From assembly GCA_965662895.1 (NCBI GenBank), contig CBFIJH010000002.1, positions 148,125 through 212,124 on the forward strand: 64,000 nucleotides of DNA, given 5' to 3'. The notes under the pieces were generated by a model that worked only from the letters and a program-made list of their open reading frames with translations, was not told the origin of the DNA and did not search any database. Positions 9,586 to 19,516 of the stretch are shown piece after piece (the stretch's first letter is position 1; every line of letters starts with the position of its first letter). This DNA comes from Candidatus Poseidoniaceae archaeon (lineage in GTDB: Archaea > Thermoplasmatota > Poseidoniia > Poseidoniales > Poseidoniaceae). The translations under genes were made by a program, and so were the position numbers.

Positions 9586-10676
9586 GTTTCCAAAGCATGA
9601 ACAATCCGTTCAATTTCAGACTCGATTAAACCGTGATGTACCGGAATCGAGACAAGTTGATTCGAAAGGATTTCGGTGACTGAGAAGTGTTCGTTTGCTT
9701 GAGCATGATCAGCATAAACGGGATGTTGGTGGCAAGGGACAGGATAGATTTGTCGAGCATCTATCCCAAATTTCTCCATGTGTTGGATGAGTGAATGAAT
9801 GTCTTCGGTTTGTATGCAGTATTGATGCCAAGCGTGCTTGGAAAATGGGCGGATTGCAGGCGATTTTAATTTCGGATTTGATTCGAGGATCGCCGTAAAC
9901 CGAGAAGCAATTGAACGTCGTTTCGCTAACCAGCCATCAAGATGTTTGAGTTGTATGCGACCAATGGCTGCAAATACCTCAGACATCCGCATGTTTGTTC
10001 CAACTTCTTGAGATTGGAGCGAACCATCCCGGCCATGGTTCACAATGGCGTTGATCCTCGCTCCAATTTCCGCATGTGCGGAGGTAATCATTCCGCCTTC
10101 TCCTCCAACCGCAACATTTTTTGATGGGAAAAATGAGAAGCATGACACTGTTCCGAGTGAACCAGCAATCCTCTTCTCATCATTCACAAGGATGGACGCA
10201 CCGTGTGCTTGGGCAGCATCCTCAATCACTGCAATACCGTGTTTTTCACAAAGATCGAGAAGTAAGGTATCGTAACATTGTCCAAAGAGATGAACACCAA
10301 TGACTGCTTTTGTTTTAGAGGTCAACCTTCTTTCAACATCTTCAACATCAAGACACCAATACTCTGGTTCAACTTCAGCAAAAATGGGGGTTGCTCCCGT
10401 CATGGAAACCGATGTTGCCGTGGCGATAAAAGTTAGAGAAGGCACAATAACCTCGTCACCAGGCCCTACGTCAAGAAGTCGCAAAGCTGCAATCAACGCA
10501 CCGGATCCACTGTTGCACGGTGAGGCATATTTGACTCCACAATAGTTTGCAAATTCTTCAGAGAAGGCCTTGCCTTGCGGCCCTTTGACCCAACGGCCAG
10601 AATCCAGTGTATTGATTGCGACCTCTCGCATCTCTTCCGTCCACGTTGGGCGAGCAAGTGGAATACGTTCAGGCAT
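9576..10676 (-). CDS. DegT/DnrJ/EryC1/StrS family sugar aminotransferase
   Basis: GPGDEVIVPSLTFIATA, IEDAAQAHGA, SFFPSKN (PLP lysine), GEGGMI. Confidence 0.93.
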   Translation of the reverse strand: MPERIPLARPTWTEEMREVAINTLDSGRWVKGPQGKAFSEEFANYCGVKYASPCNSGSGALIAALRLLDVGPGDEVIVPSLTFIATATSVSMTGATPIFAEVEPEYWCLDVEDVERRLTSKTKAVIGVHLFGQCYDTLLLDLCEKHGIAVIEDAAQAHGASILVNDEKRIAGSLGTVSCFSFFPSKNVAVGGEGGMITSAHAEIGARINAIVNHGRDGSLQSQEVGTNMRMSEVFAAIGRIQLKHLDGWLAKRRSIASRFTAILESNPKLKSPAIRPFSKHAWHQYCIQTEDIHSLIQHMEKFGIDARQIYPVPCHQHPVYADHAQANEHFSVTEILSNQLVSIPVHHGLIESEIERIVHALETYC

Positions 10677-10766
10677 GATTCGGCGAACGATTCAACCTTC
10701 AAGAGCATGCGCTTTGACCCACTTGCGCGACGCACAATTCAAGACCTCAACGGCATTTGGTCTGCT

Positions 10767-13148
10767 ATGGTGTCCGATGAAGAGCAACCCTCTCCATCAG
10801 AACTGGCTTCTTTGGTGAACGATATTCTCGAGCCACCAAGCCCAGCAGAATCCAAGGAGAAATTCAAACCCAAGGGCATGTTTTTGGGCGAGCGAAGAGA
10901 CTCTGGAACGCCAATCGATATTCCTCCACAGGTCCTTGCACGCCATGCAGCAATGTTGGGCTCAACAGGTTCGGGAAAAACTGTTATGGCAAAGGCGTTG
11001 ATTGAAGAAGCAGCCCTTGCGGGAATTCCCGCATTGATCATCGACCCCCAAGGTGATCTCGCACGACTTGCCCTTGGAATCGATGAAACCGAACTGCTTG
11101 AAAAGAACGGGGACATCGACCGGAAGCGAAACTTGCTTGAAAATTCTGAGGTCCGAATTTGGACTCCCCTTCGGAGCAAAGGCCTCCCCTTGTGCATTGA
11201 TCCATTTCGAGCTCCACCAGCAGATCTAGACCCAGAAGAAGCAATTACTGCATGGGATATGGTTGCAGCAGGATTCACAAGTTTGGCTGGTTACGATGTT
11301 GAAAAAGCGCAAGGCAAGGTTGTGAAACCTTTCCTTTACGAAATTCTCGTTGAAGGTACACGATGCGGCCTCGACGTTGGTGATTTTCAATCACTTGCCC
11401 GAGTCGTTCGTGAGCCACATCAAGAATTTACACGATACCTCTATCCACATTGTTTCGTTGAGGACGATGAAGGCGAGAAGCTAGACGCTCCGACATGGGA
11501 CGAGGTCATGTTTGAACATCGCCTCACAAATTTTGAAGAACGGTTGCCGAAAACCACGCGCAACGACTTGGCACGCCGTCTTGCAGCATTTTCGAGCGGC
11601 GTCAACCAACTTTTGTTTTCAAACGGTGTACCCATTGACATCGATTCGTTTGTTGAGCCCGCCATTCCTGGGAAAACGCCTCTCAATATTGTTTATTTGA
11701 ATACCATACAGGATGAAGCACAAAAGCAATATTTTGTTCAAGAGCTTTCTCGAGAATTGTACGATTGGATGTTGACACAACAACCAGCAGAAGGGGAACT
11801 CAAACTCCTGTTCTTTATGGATGAAGTCGCACCATACCTCCCCCCACATCCACGAAATCCTCCGGCAAAAGATCTGATCAAATTGATATTCAAACAAGCT
11901 AGAAAATATGGTGTTGCTTGTGTTTTAGCGACACAGAACGTTTCGGATGTTGATTACAAGATTCTTGCTCAGGCGAATACGACCTTCATCGGGCGGTTTA
12001 CACAGCCGCAAGACGTTGAGAAGGTTCGCCATCTACTCAAAGAAAGCGGGGGCGATCAGGATTTGGTTGCACAACTTCCAACGCTTGGACCGGGCCAATT
12101 CCAAATGGTCGCCCCAGATGTCGACCCTGCACCGGTTCCAATTCAATGCAGATGGCTGTATACTGATCACGGCGCACCACTCAATGAAGATCAGGTTGAG
12201 GAGGTTATATCTCCGGAAATTCGGGCTTGGGCCAAGTCTCGTTCTGCCGGAAGGAAGGGTAGAGGGACGGGCGCTGCACATGCAGCAAGCCGGGGCTCGA
12301 ATTGGTCAAATGGAAGCGATGAAGAAGATTCTGAAAGCATTGTTGAAACAGCGCGAATCCAAGCGATTGGAGGCATGACGGCAGCAAGTCGCGGTATCGT
12401 TGACGAGTCTGGATTCGAGGTCCGATTGATGGGAGGTCTCTCCGTTCTCAAGGATGGACGTGACCCACTCTACACAATGCAAGCCGCGGTAAATGGCGTG
12501 TCCGTTATCGCTCTAGGATGGGCGTTTGTTGCACTCCTCGAGGCATGGAGAATCGGCGATATTGGTTGGTTTGGGCTTGCCTCAAGTGGAATCATCACAC
12601 TAACCGTTGGCCTGTTTATTTCACTCGAGTTAATCCTGTCACACGATTTGGTTCTTCTTCGGAAACTAGCGAAATTTGCTCGTTTCTTCCAACTCTTCCT
12701 CGTTGCCTGGATTTGGATTCTTTTCACATGGTCAACGTGGGGGTCGCTTGATTTGATGGGGCTCGATCCTTTGTTGGAGGTTGTTGTGGTTTGGGTGACA
12801 ATTTTTACCGGCATTGACATCATCAATCGGTTCCAACTTGGAAAGATACGTTGGAATGGAGGCAGTGCGCTCGACAAGGTGGTTGGATTAACTGCAATAC
12901 TAACGGATTCACAGATGTCAGAGATGCGCGCCAATTCAACACAAATTTTGGGTGTGTTTCGCTGGGTTCTTCACGGTTTGACCGTTGTGTGGCTTACCAT
13001 TCTCATCACCTTTGCAACACCGTTTGAGGACGCACCGAATTGGCTTGAAGAGATGACCAACATGCATCTCTGGCTTGCATCGCTTTACGCATTAATCTTC
13101 TTTAGTGAAGGTTGGTTACGCATCCGGAAACGATATGTGGAGCAATAA
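10767..13148 (+). CDS. HerA/FtsK-superfamily (DUF87/DUF853-like) ATPase with a C-terminal ~6-TM membrane domain
   Basis: RHAAMLGSTGSGKT, IIDPQGD, FFMDEVAPYLPP, ARKYGVACVLATQN; hydrophobic helices in the last ~220 aa. Start at MVSDEEQ avoids overlap with the divergent DegT gene. Confidence 0.85.
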   Translation: MVSDEEQPSPSELASLVNDILEPPSPAESKEKFKPKGMFLGERRDSGTPIDIPPQVLARHAAMLGSTGSGKTVMAKALIEEAALAGIPALIIDPQGDLARLALGIDETELLEKNGDIDRKRNLLENSEVRIWTPLRSKGLPLCIDPFRAPPADLDPEEAITAWDMVAAGFTSLAGYDVEKAQGKVVKPFLYEILVEGTRCGLDVGDFQSLARVVREPHQEFTRYLYPHCFVEDDEGEKLDAPTWDEVMFEHRLTNFEERLPKTTRNDLARRLAAFSSGVNQLLFSNGVPIDIDSFVEPAIPGKTPLNIVYLNTIQDEAQKQYFVQELSRELYDWMLTQQPAEGELKLLFFMDEVAPYLPPHPRNPPAKDLIKLIFKQARKYGVACVLATQNVSDVDYKILAQANTTFIGRFTQPQDVEKVRHLLKESGGDQDLVAQLPTLGPGQFQMVAPDVDPAPVPIQCRWLYTDHGAPLNEDQVEEVISPEIRAWAKSRSAGRKGRGTGAAHAASRGSNWSNGSDEEDSESIVETARIQAIGGMTAASRGIVDESGFEVRLMGGLSVLKDGRDPLYTMQAAVNGVSVIALGWAFVALLEAWRIGDIGWFGLASSGIITLTVGLFISLELILSHDLVLLRKLAKFARFFQLFLVAWIWILFTWSTWGSLDLMGLDPLLEVVVVWVTIFTGIDIINRFQLGKIRWNGGSALDKVVGLTAILTDSQMSEMRANSTQILGVFRWVLHGLTVVWLTILITFATPFEDAPNWLEEMTNMHLWLASLYALIFFSEGWLRIRKRYVEQ

Positions 13149-13165
13149 CCTTCTTTCAAACCACT

Positions 13166-14509
13166 TTACAGCAGAATATTGACCATTGCTCCTAGATAGT
13201 AGGCAAAACAGAAGATTGTAAAATAAGAAACAACCAGTATTGTTGAATCGTTGCATTTTTGCGGTGCAGAGAAATCGTTGTCTTTGTTCTTGAGAAGTAT
13301 GACAGCCCAATAAATCCAGAACGCCCACATCACAGAAGCAAACGTCAATTGGATTGCACCTATTGTATTGAACACTGAATTTTTCCTCCACATTCTGTGA
13401 ATGAGAATAAGGAAGAAACTGAGGCCACTTAAGCCAATGAGTCGTTTTGGATAAGGCAACGCCCAGGGAATGAGCAGTGAGAAAATCATGAGATGGTATC
13501 CATAGTGAATCTTTGAGTAAAAGATGAAGATCCATAATATGCAGAGCGTAAATGCAGGAAGAATTTCAATTTTCTTCATCAATGCAGCACCCCATGTCAG
13601 CACAATCATTGAGACAAAAAGAATGTGAAGATATGTGCTTGGAATGTAAACCACGTACTCGCCCAAAAATCGCCAAAACGACATACCTCGTTGATCAATG
13701 TCCGACACAGTTTCAGACAACTGAGCTCCGGATGCAGGTTGTTGACCGGTCAAGTAAAAATTGAGGAATTGGAGGAATTCTTCGGTAGCATACATCAAAA
13801 ACGGTAAGGTAACAACGATGCCGATTCCTAATCCCATGGTTGTGGCAAGAAATCGCTTTTTCCAAGTTTTTGGGCCTATAGCTGCAAGCGGAGCACAGAG
13901 AGCTGGAAACAATTTTGTCATTGCACCAAATCCGAACACAGCAGATGCTTTGTACCAACTTTTTCGAATCATGAAGAGAAATGCAAGGAGAAGAAAGTTG
14001 ACAATAATTGCATCATCTTGCATCATCATGATGGATGTATAATGAGAAAATGGTGAAGCGATGTAAAAAATCGATCCTGCTAAAGCATATTGTTTCTCGA
14101 AAAAGGAATTTAGAATATGGTACAAAATCACTGAAGACGAGAAAATAAACACGGCAAACCACATTGTCCAGATAAGCGCGGTATTCCCAAGTAAAACTGC
14201 AGGCACGAACAAATAATTGATCAATGGAGGCGACAGAGTGACGTGTTCCGTATCACTGTAGAGCATTTCTCCGTCAAGAATCGTTTCTGCACGATCTCTG
14301 AAAATGTCCAAATCTTTGTGTTCAAATCGGCCATCATCATCATTAATTTCGTATCCAATAAGCATTGGAGCAGCCATGACGAACGTCAAGAAAAACAACA
14401 ACACGTAGATTCTTTTCGTCGAAAAGGTTTCCATCTTTTTGAACAATAAAATGAATTTATTGTTAAGCGAGTGGACCGAATCACGAACCTTTCCGGATGA
14501 ATTTGACAT
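13166..14509 (-). CDS. Polytopic GT-C glycosyltransferase (GT87-like)
   Basis: About 11 TM helices; first-loop DLDIF..LYSD..SPPL; QDDAI; GAMTKLFP motif typical of GT87/PigM-like enzymes. Confidence 0.65.
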   Translation of the reverse strand: MSNSSGKVRDSVHSLNNKFILLFKKMETFSTKRIYVLLFFLTFVMAAPMLIGYEINDDDGRFEHKDLDIFRDRAETILDGEMLYSDTEHVTLSPPLINYLFVPAVLLGNTALIWTMWFAVFIFSSSVILYHILNSFFEKQYALAGSIFYIASPFSHYTSIMMMQDDAIIVNFLLLAFLFMIRKSWYKASAVFGFGAMTKLFPALCAPLAAIGPKTWKKRFLATTMGLGIGIVVTLPFLMYATEEFLQFLNFYLTGQQPASGAQLSETVSDIDQRGMSFWRFLGEYVVYIPSTYLHILFVSMIVLTWGAALMKKIEILPAFTLCILWIFIFYSKIHYGYHLMIFSLLIPWALPYPKRLIGLSGLSFFLILIHRMWRKNSVFNTIGAIQLTFASVMWAFWIYWAVILLKNKDNDFSAPQKCNDSTILVVSYFTIFCFAYYLGAMVNILL

Positions 14510-14597
14510 GCTGCTTACTCAAATTGCGTCGTTGAAATGCGACATATATATGTTCGGGAATGAATATCTATTTTACCACCACCACGCAGGGTTGCAC

Positions 14598-15533
14598 ATG
14601 AGTACCGAGGCGTTGGAACTCTCAATCATCGTTCCAGTTCTTGATGAGGAGGAGAATTTGATTCCACTCGTTGAAGAAATTAAATCAACATTGGAAAACA
14701 CTGCCTATGAGATCATATTCATCGACGACGGTTCGTCTGACAATTCGCTTGAGGTCATGATGGGCTTGAAGGAATCAGAGGGAAATGTCCGGGTCATCAA
14801 ACACCGTCGAAATTTCGGTAAAGCGGTCGCCTTGAAAACTGGGTTTGCAGCAGCGAGCGGAAAGATTTCCATTACAATGGACGGAGATTTGCAAGACAAT
14901 CCAGCGGAAATTCCTCGGTTCATCGAGGAAATTGAGAACGGCAATGACATCGTTTGTGGTTGGAGGGCGAAACGGCGTGATAATATCCTCAAACGTTGGC
15001 CATCAAAACTCTACAATCGTCTTGTACGTATGATGTGCGGAATCAAGATTCATGATATGAATTGCGGATTCAAGGCTTACGACACCGACTTGGCAAAATC
15101 ACTCAATTTGTATGGTGATATGCATCGCTATACCCCTGTTCTTGGGAAAATGAACGGTGCAACGATTACTGAAATTGCCATCAACCACCGACCTCGCTTA
15201 CATGGAAAATCAAAATATGGAACAAAGCGACTTGCTCGTGGCTTCTTTGATTTGATTACAATATCGTTCCTCATGGCGTTTCTTGAGCGACCGATGCACT
15301 TGTTTGGGAAGGTAGGAGGATTTCTATCAACAGTGGGACTTGCAGTCTGCAGTTACCTTGTTGTCATCAAGTATGCCTACGATGAGGGGATTGGCGATCG
15401 ACCATTGCTCTCGCTCGGGGTTTTACTAATTATCATCGGCGTCCAATTTTTCCTTCTCGGTTTGTTGGGTGAGACAATCACCTATCGGGCGAGTGAGAAC
15501 AACACAAACACATCATCGAGCAAGGAGCTTTAA
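14598..15533 (+). CDS. GT2 polyprenol-phosphate glycosyltransferase (ArnC/GtrB/DPM1-like)
   Basis: LSIIVPVLDEEEN, IDDGSSD, RNFGKAVA, MDGDLQD, DMNCGFKAY, HRPRLHGKSKY, two C-terminal TMs. Confidence 0.92.
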   Translation: MSTEALELSIIVPVLDEEENLIPLVEEIKSTLENTAYEIIFIDDGSSDNSLEVMMGLKESEGNVRVIKHRRNFGKAVALKTGFAAASGKISITMDGDLQDNPAEIPRFIEEIENGNDIVCGWRAKRRDNILKRWPSKLYNRLVRMMCGIKIHDMNCGFKAYDTDLAKSLNLYGDMHRYTPVLGKMNGATITEIAINHRPRLHGKSKYGTKRLARGFFDLITISFLMAFLERPMHLFGKVGGFLSTVGLAVCSYLVVIKYAYDEGIGDRPLLSLGVLLIIIGVQFFLLGLLGETITYRASENNTNTSSSKEL

Positions 15534-16466
15534 TCACTCTTCTTCCAGTTCTTCTGGCGACATCATTGTCAAGCCAAGAACAAAGACAATGATTTCGACA
15601 AGGACGTTTAACGTTCTTGAAAGGACCGCAACAATACCTGCAATCCCTCCGCTCAAAAACAGTGACAAGTTGAACGTGAAAACGCCTTCTCGAGCCCCGA
15701 GACCTGCAGGTAAGAAGAACGCAAAAAAACCAACCAACCAAGCGATCGAGAAAGATCCAATGAGTAACGTAAGAGAAGCATCCACACCAAGCCCCAAGAG
15801 AATGAATTGATGTGCAAGTCCCCACAGAACCCAAGAAACGATCATGAGGAAAAGGGCGATACTGTAGTACTTTCTTGTCATCGACGTATCATGATTCCAT
15901 TCGCCTCTTCCCAGAATAGAAAACGGTTTCCGGACGATTGCCTGCGTAAACTTTGGACTCATTATTGGTAAGAGACTTGCAAGGCCAACGCAGACCAGAA
16001 TCCACTTTGTTGATGTTGGAATTCCTTCCAAATGGAGCAAGAAAAGTCCTGCAATCACTGCGGATGATACACTGATAATCAATTCCCAAACGAAGGATTC
16101 GAGTACGACTTTGCTTCCATATCTTCGAGCAACGTAGGCTCTCCCTGCAATGAGACTTATTTTTCCAGGAACATATTTTGCAACGTTTGTTGTCCACCAA
16201 ATACCAAAACAGAGTCGGTATGGGACGTCTGCTCCACTTCCCAACATCAAAAATTTCCAAACAATTGGGCTCAGAATCAATACGCCAAAAATGCAAACAA
16301 TCGACATAAAGATGATCGGTTTTGCATCAAAGAGCGTGTCAAGTATGTTGATGTTGCTCGATTCAATCTGTTGATGAATGAACCAAAATGAAAGTATGAC
16401 AATCAAAACAGTTAGTATTCTCCCAAGCAATTGGGCGGAAGAAGTTGATGCAGTGTCACTTTTCAT
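15534..16466 (-). CDS. Flippase-like membrane protein (UPF0104 / LPG synthase TM domain)
   Basis: About 8 TM helices; KYVPGK and PAGLGAREG signatures. Confidence 0.8.
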   Translation of the reverse strand: MKSDTASTSSAQLLGRILTVLIVILSFWFIHQQIESSNINILDTLFDAKPIIFMSIVCIFGVLILSPIVWKFLMLGSGADVPYRLCFGIWWTTNVAKYVPGKISLIAGRAYVARRYGSKVVLESFVWELIISVSSAVIAGLFLLHLEGIPTSTKWILVCVGLASLLPIMSPKFTQAIVRKPFSILGRGEWNHDTSMTRKYYSIALFLMIVSWVLWGLAHQFILLGLGVDASLTLLIGSFSIAWLVGFFAFFLPAGLGAREGVFTFNLSLFLSGGIAGIVAVLSRTLNVLVEIIVFVLGLTMMSPEELEEE

Positions 16467-17680
16467 TCAACCACACCATACCATTGCTTCATCGTATTCG
16501 ACAACGATTCATCGGTGTATTTCTGATCGATTTCTGTACGAGCATTATGCACCAATTCGTCGCGATATTCAGAATTCTCAAGAATCCTGACCATTGCATT
16601 TTGCAAAGCATTGACGTCGTTTTCAGGAACGATGAGTCCGGTCTTCTCATGAATGATCGTCTCCGCAATTCCTCCACAATCCGTTCCAATAACAGGGATG
16701 CCTGCAATCATTGCCTCGAGAACAACAAGTCCGAGCCCTTCTTTCTCACCAAGTGCAGTCGTCTTTGAAGGCAATACGAACAATTCAGCCTGATTGTAAA
16801 ACTCTTTGAGTTCGCCTCGAGGCTTCGAGCCGTGAAATTCGATACGATGATCAATTCCATTTTTCTGCGACAAGGCTGTCAATCGTTGACGTTCAGGACC
16901 GTCGCCAACAATGTCGAGTTTCCATTCTTTGAATTCATCATGTTGCAACAATTTGCTAAAGGCATTGATGAGGACATCGACCCCCTTGACCTCCATTAAT
17001 CGGCCAACAAAGAGGATGCGCTTTGTTTCTTTAGGCGTCGTGAGAGGTTCTTGGCGAAAATCCTCAAGCCCGAAGACCATAGGCAATACGAGCCCTTTTC
17101 CACGAGATTGTCCATAGTGATTGGTGACGATTTCCTGCAGTGCTTCGGAGACAAAGTGAAGTTTTTTGGCAGAATGAATCGATTTCTGAGCGAGCCGTTT
17201 TGCAATTTTCATTTTATTGATAAGAAAAACATCTGTTCCATGCATTGATATCCATAGATTCGATTGATTCACCATTGCCTTCTTTGTGATGTAAGCGCCA
17301 GGAATCAACCAGTGTGCATGAACAATGGTTGGTTTCAGTTCTTTGATGAGTTTCCTCGTCGCCTTTCTCCACTTTCGAAGAAAGGAATAAAACAAGAACG
17401 CCTTGAATATTGAACGCTTCACCTGTTTATGCATATCGCCCTGGTAGGCGAGCGTTTGTTTGTGTTCTCGTGCATATCGGAACCGCCGAATTTCGATGCC
17501 ATCGATCGTTTCAGTTAACGGTAGGCCGGGGGCGTGTGGGCAATGGACGACAACACGTGCAAAGCCGGAACAAACCTTCGCCAATTCATGCATAAATGGC
17601 GCAACATGGTCGTCTTTGTATCGTGGATAAACGTGGGTGTTGAAGAGGATGATTGGCTCTGACTCCATCGTATCATCCAT
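16463..17680 (-). CDS. GT4 (GT-B) glycosyltransferase
   Basis: HAHWLIPG, ILFVGRLMEVKG, EGLGLVVLEAMIAGIPVI (Ex7E). Confidence 0.92.
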   Translation of the reverse strand: MDDTMESEPIILFNTHVYPRYKDDHVAPFMHELAKVCSGFARVVVHCPHAPGLPLTETIDGIEIRRFRYAREHKQTLAYQGDMHKQVKRSIFKAFLFYSFLRKWRKATRKLIKELKPTIVHAHWLIPGAYITKKAMVNQSNLWISMHGTDVFLINKMKIAKRLAQKSIHSAKKLHFVSEALQEIVTNHYGQSRGKGLVLPMVFGLEDFRQEPLTTPKETKRILFVGRLMEVKGVDVLINAFSKLLQHDEFKEWKLDIVGDGPERQRLTALSQKNGIDHRIEFHGSKPRGELKEFYNQAELFVLPSKTTALGEKEGLGLVVLEAMIAGIPVIGTDCGGIAETIIHEKTGLIVPENDVNALQNAMVRILENSEYRDELVHNARTEIDQKYTDESLSNTMKQWYGVVE

Positions 17681-17804
17681 ACGCTTGCCTTTTGTTCATC
17701 ACTTATTATTGATGTCCAATTCTATGTCTCGTTCAGATGGTGTTCAGACTTCGCCAAGCGTTTTCAAGATATATGCTGATAACCAACAACCTTCACCTTG
17801 AGAC

Positions 17805-18476
17805 ATGGTGGACGACGAATTCATACCACTTGATTGGACGGAGGTCTCAGAAGATGAGATGAACGACCGGTCTGAGGCGTTGTTGAATGGAATGAGAAAG
17901 CGACGCACGACTCGACATTTCTCAAACCGGAAGGTATCAAAACAGTTGATTGAGAGAGCCATTCTGTGTGGAGGAACTGCTCCAAGCGGAGCTCATCTCC
18001 AGCCATGGACATTCGTAGCAATCTCGCAACAAGAATTGAAGCAAAAAATTCGGGAAGCGGCTGAGGCTGAGGAACGAAAAACCTACCAAGATCGCATGCC
18101 TGACGCTTGGAGAGAAGTGCTTCAACCTCTTGGAACAGATGCTGTCAAAGAGCATCTCACAGAGGCACCATGGGTTGTCGTTCTTTTCCGTCAATCGAAA
18201 CGCCTTCGACCAAACGGAGAATGGGGTCCAACCTACTACAGCAATGAAAGCTGCGGGATTGCAGCGGGAATGTTCATTTACGCAATTCACAACATGGGTT
18301 TGGTAACGTTAACGCACACACCATCACCAATGGGATTCCTAAGAGAAATCCTCAACCGGCCAGACCATGAACATGCCATGCTCGTTTTGCCTGTAGGATA
18401 CCCAGCAGAAGATGCAAAAGTACCAAATTTACAACGAAAGACACTAAATGACATTGCCGTATTCTTTGAAGAATGA
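17805..18476 (+). CDS. Iodotyrosine deiodinase-like nitroreductase-family flavoprotein
   Basis: RRTTRHFS, TAPSGAHLQPWTFV, lid EAEERKTY...LQPLGTDAVKEHL, LVTLTHTP, LPVGYP, VPNLQRK. Confidence 0.85.
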   Translation: MVDDEFIPLDWTEVSEDEMNDRSEALLNGMRKRRTTRHFSNRKVSKQLIERAILCGGTAPSGAHLQPWTFVAISQQELKQKIREAAEAEERKTYQDRMPDAWREVLQPLGTDAVKEHLTEAPWVVVLFRQSKRLRPNGEWGPTYYSNESCGIAAGMFIYAIHNMGLVTLTHTPSPMGFLREILNRPDHEHAMLVLPVGYPAEDAKVPNLQRKTLNDIAVFFEE

Positions 18477-19256
18477 TTACTTGCGAAGCCCGCCTCGTGC
18501 CCACTGGGTGTCGACCTCCAGTTCAGGGTGGTAGTGCGACCGTCGCACTGCTTGTCGATGTTGTTGGGCCTCATTTGTCGCTATGTCATCCGGACTGTTC
18601 CGCTTCTTGTGCCAACGCTGTACGAGGAGGCTGACAATGACGCTTGGAATGACAAGAAGTGGGGCGAGTGAAGATTCCAAGTCGAGATATTCCATTGGCA
18701 GGTCGAGAACAATACACACGCCCACATACAGTCCGATCGAGGCAAGCAGCGCTGCTACAATCGGAGGCAGAATATGTCGAAACGACATGCCAACAAAGAA
18801 GGCGATGATCGCCGTGATCCCAGGGAGAAATTCGCCTCGCTCGGGATTGATACCGTAATTCTTCAACAACTGAATTCCATTGGAGATGACGATGAACACG
18901 AATCCTGTGGCAAGCAGACGAATGGACATGGATGTAATCATGACGGCGATGATGGCGAATGCCATTGCAGCAAACAGCTGGAACCGGTCGAGTGAAATGA
19001 CGAGGCCTAGTTCCAGTGCAAAAGAATAGAGCGTACTTGCAGAGAGATATCCAATAGCAGCACCGGCAATGGCTGTAATCAAGCTCAATCTTCGATAGCC
19101 TTGAACGAACAGATAAAGCGACAGAATAATGATTGGAATCGCTGTAACATATCCCCCTTCAACAATCTGCGTGATAACAGTATCACGAATTTCATCGACA
19201 TCAGGGGTATCATCCGCCACGGCGATCGGTCTATCCATAACAAAATAGAATGTCAA
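18477..19256 (-). CDS. Multi-pass membrane protein, unknown function (DUF4203-like)
   Basis: About 7 hydrophobic helices, FVQGYRR motif; true start may be downstream (MDRPI). Confidence 0.6.
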   Translation of the reverse strand: MTFYFVMDRPIAVADDTPDVDEIRDTVITQIVEGGYVTAIPIIILSLYLFVQGYRRLSLITAIAGAAIGYLSASTLYSFALELGLVISLDRFQLFAAMAFAIIAVMITSMSIRLLATGFVFIVISNGIQLLKNYGINPERGEFLPGITAIIAFFVGMSFRHILPPIVAALLASIGLYVGVCIVLDLPMEYLDLESSLAPLLVIPSVIVSLLVQRWHKKRNSPDDIATNEAQQHRQAVRRSHYHPELEVDTQWARGGLRK

Positions 19257-19270
19257 CTTGTTGGATGATG

Positions 19271-19357
19271 TGGTGCAGAGGGCAGGATTCGAACCTGCGA
19301 ACCGTTACGGACTGGGACCTCATCCCAGCGCCTTTGACCAAGCTGGGCGACCCCTGC
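19271..19357 (-). tRNA. tRNA-Leu(GAG), CCA encoded
   Basis: Reverse complement GCAGGGG...CTGGG-AT-GAG-GT-CCCAG, long variable arm, GGTTCGAATCC, CTCTGC-A-CCA. Confidence 0.95.
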
Positions 19358-19440
19358 AGCAATCACAACTGCCACACTCGCGTATATCAAAACCACGACG
19401 CGTTCAAATGACGAGAATTGCGATGTCGGTAATCAATAGG

Positions 19441-19450
19441 TCTCAATAGA
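19441..19450 (+). promoter_or_regulatory. Candidate operator TCTCAATAGA upstream of the metallophosphoesterase-GT operon
   Basis: An identical 10-mer lies upstream of the convergent kinase pair (23037-23046, minus strand); a partial repeat TCAATAG is at 19433. Confidence 0.35.
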
Positions 19451-19516
19451 ACATAGGACTTTCCGAAGTATCTGGCTATGTATCTTGAATGTCTGAGACA
19501 GCACGAGAGGCTATTT

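Noticed and set aside
10575-10766. N-terminal extensions from the ORF track (also at 8145, 14439, 23059, 23952, 25546, 32924, 32996, 44880)
   Set aside because: They overlap neighbouring genes, tRNAs or promoter regions; downstream starts fit family N-termini and SD positions better.
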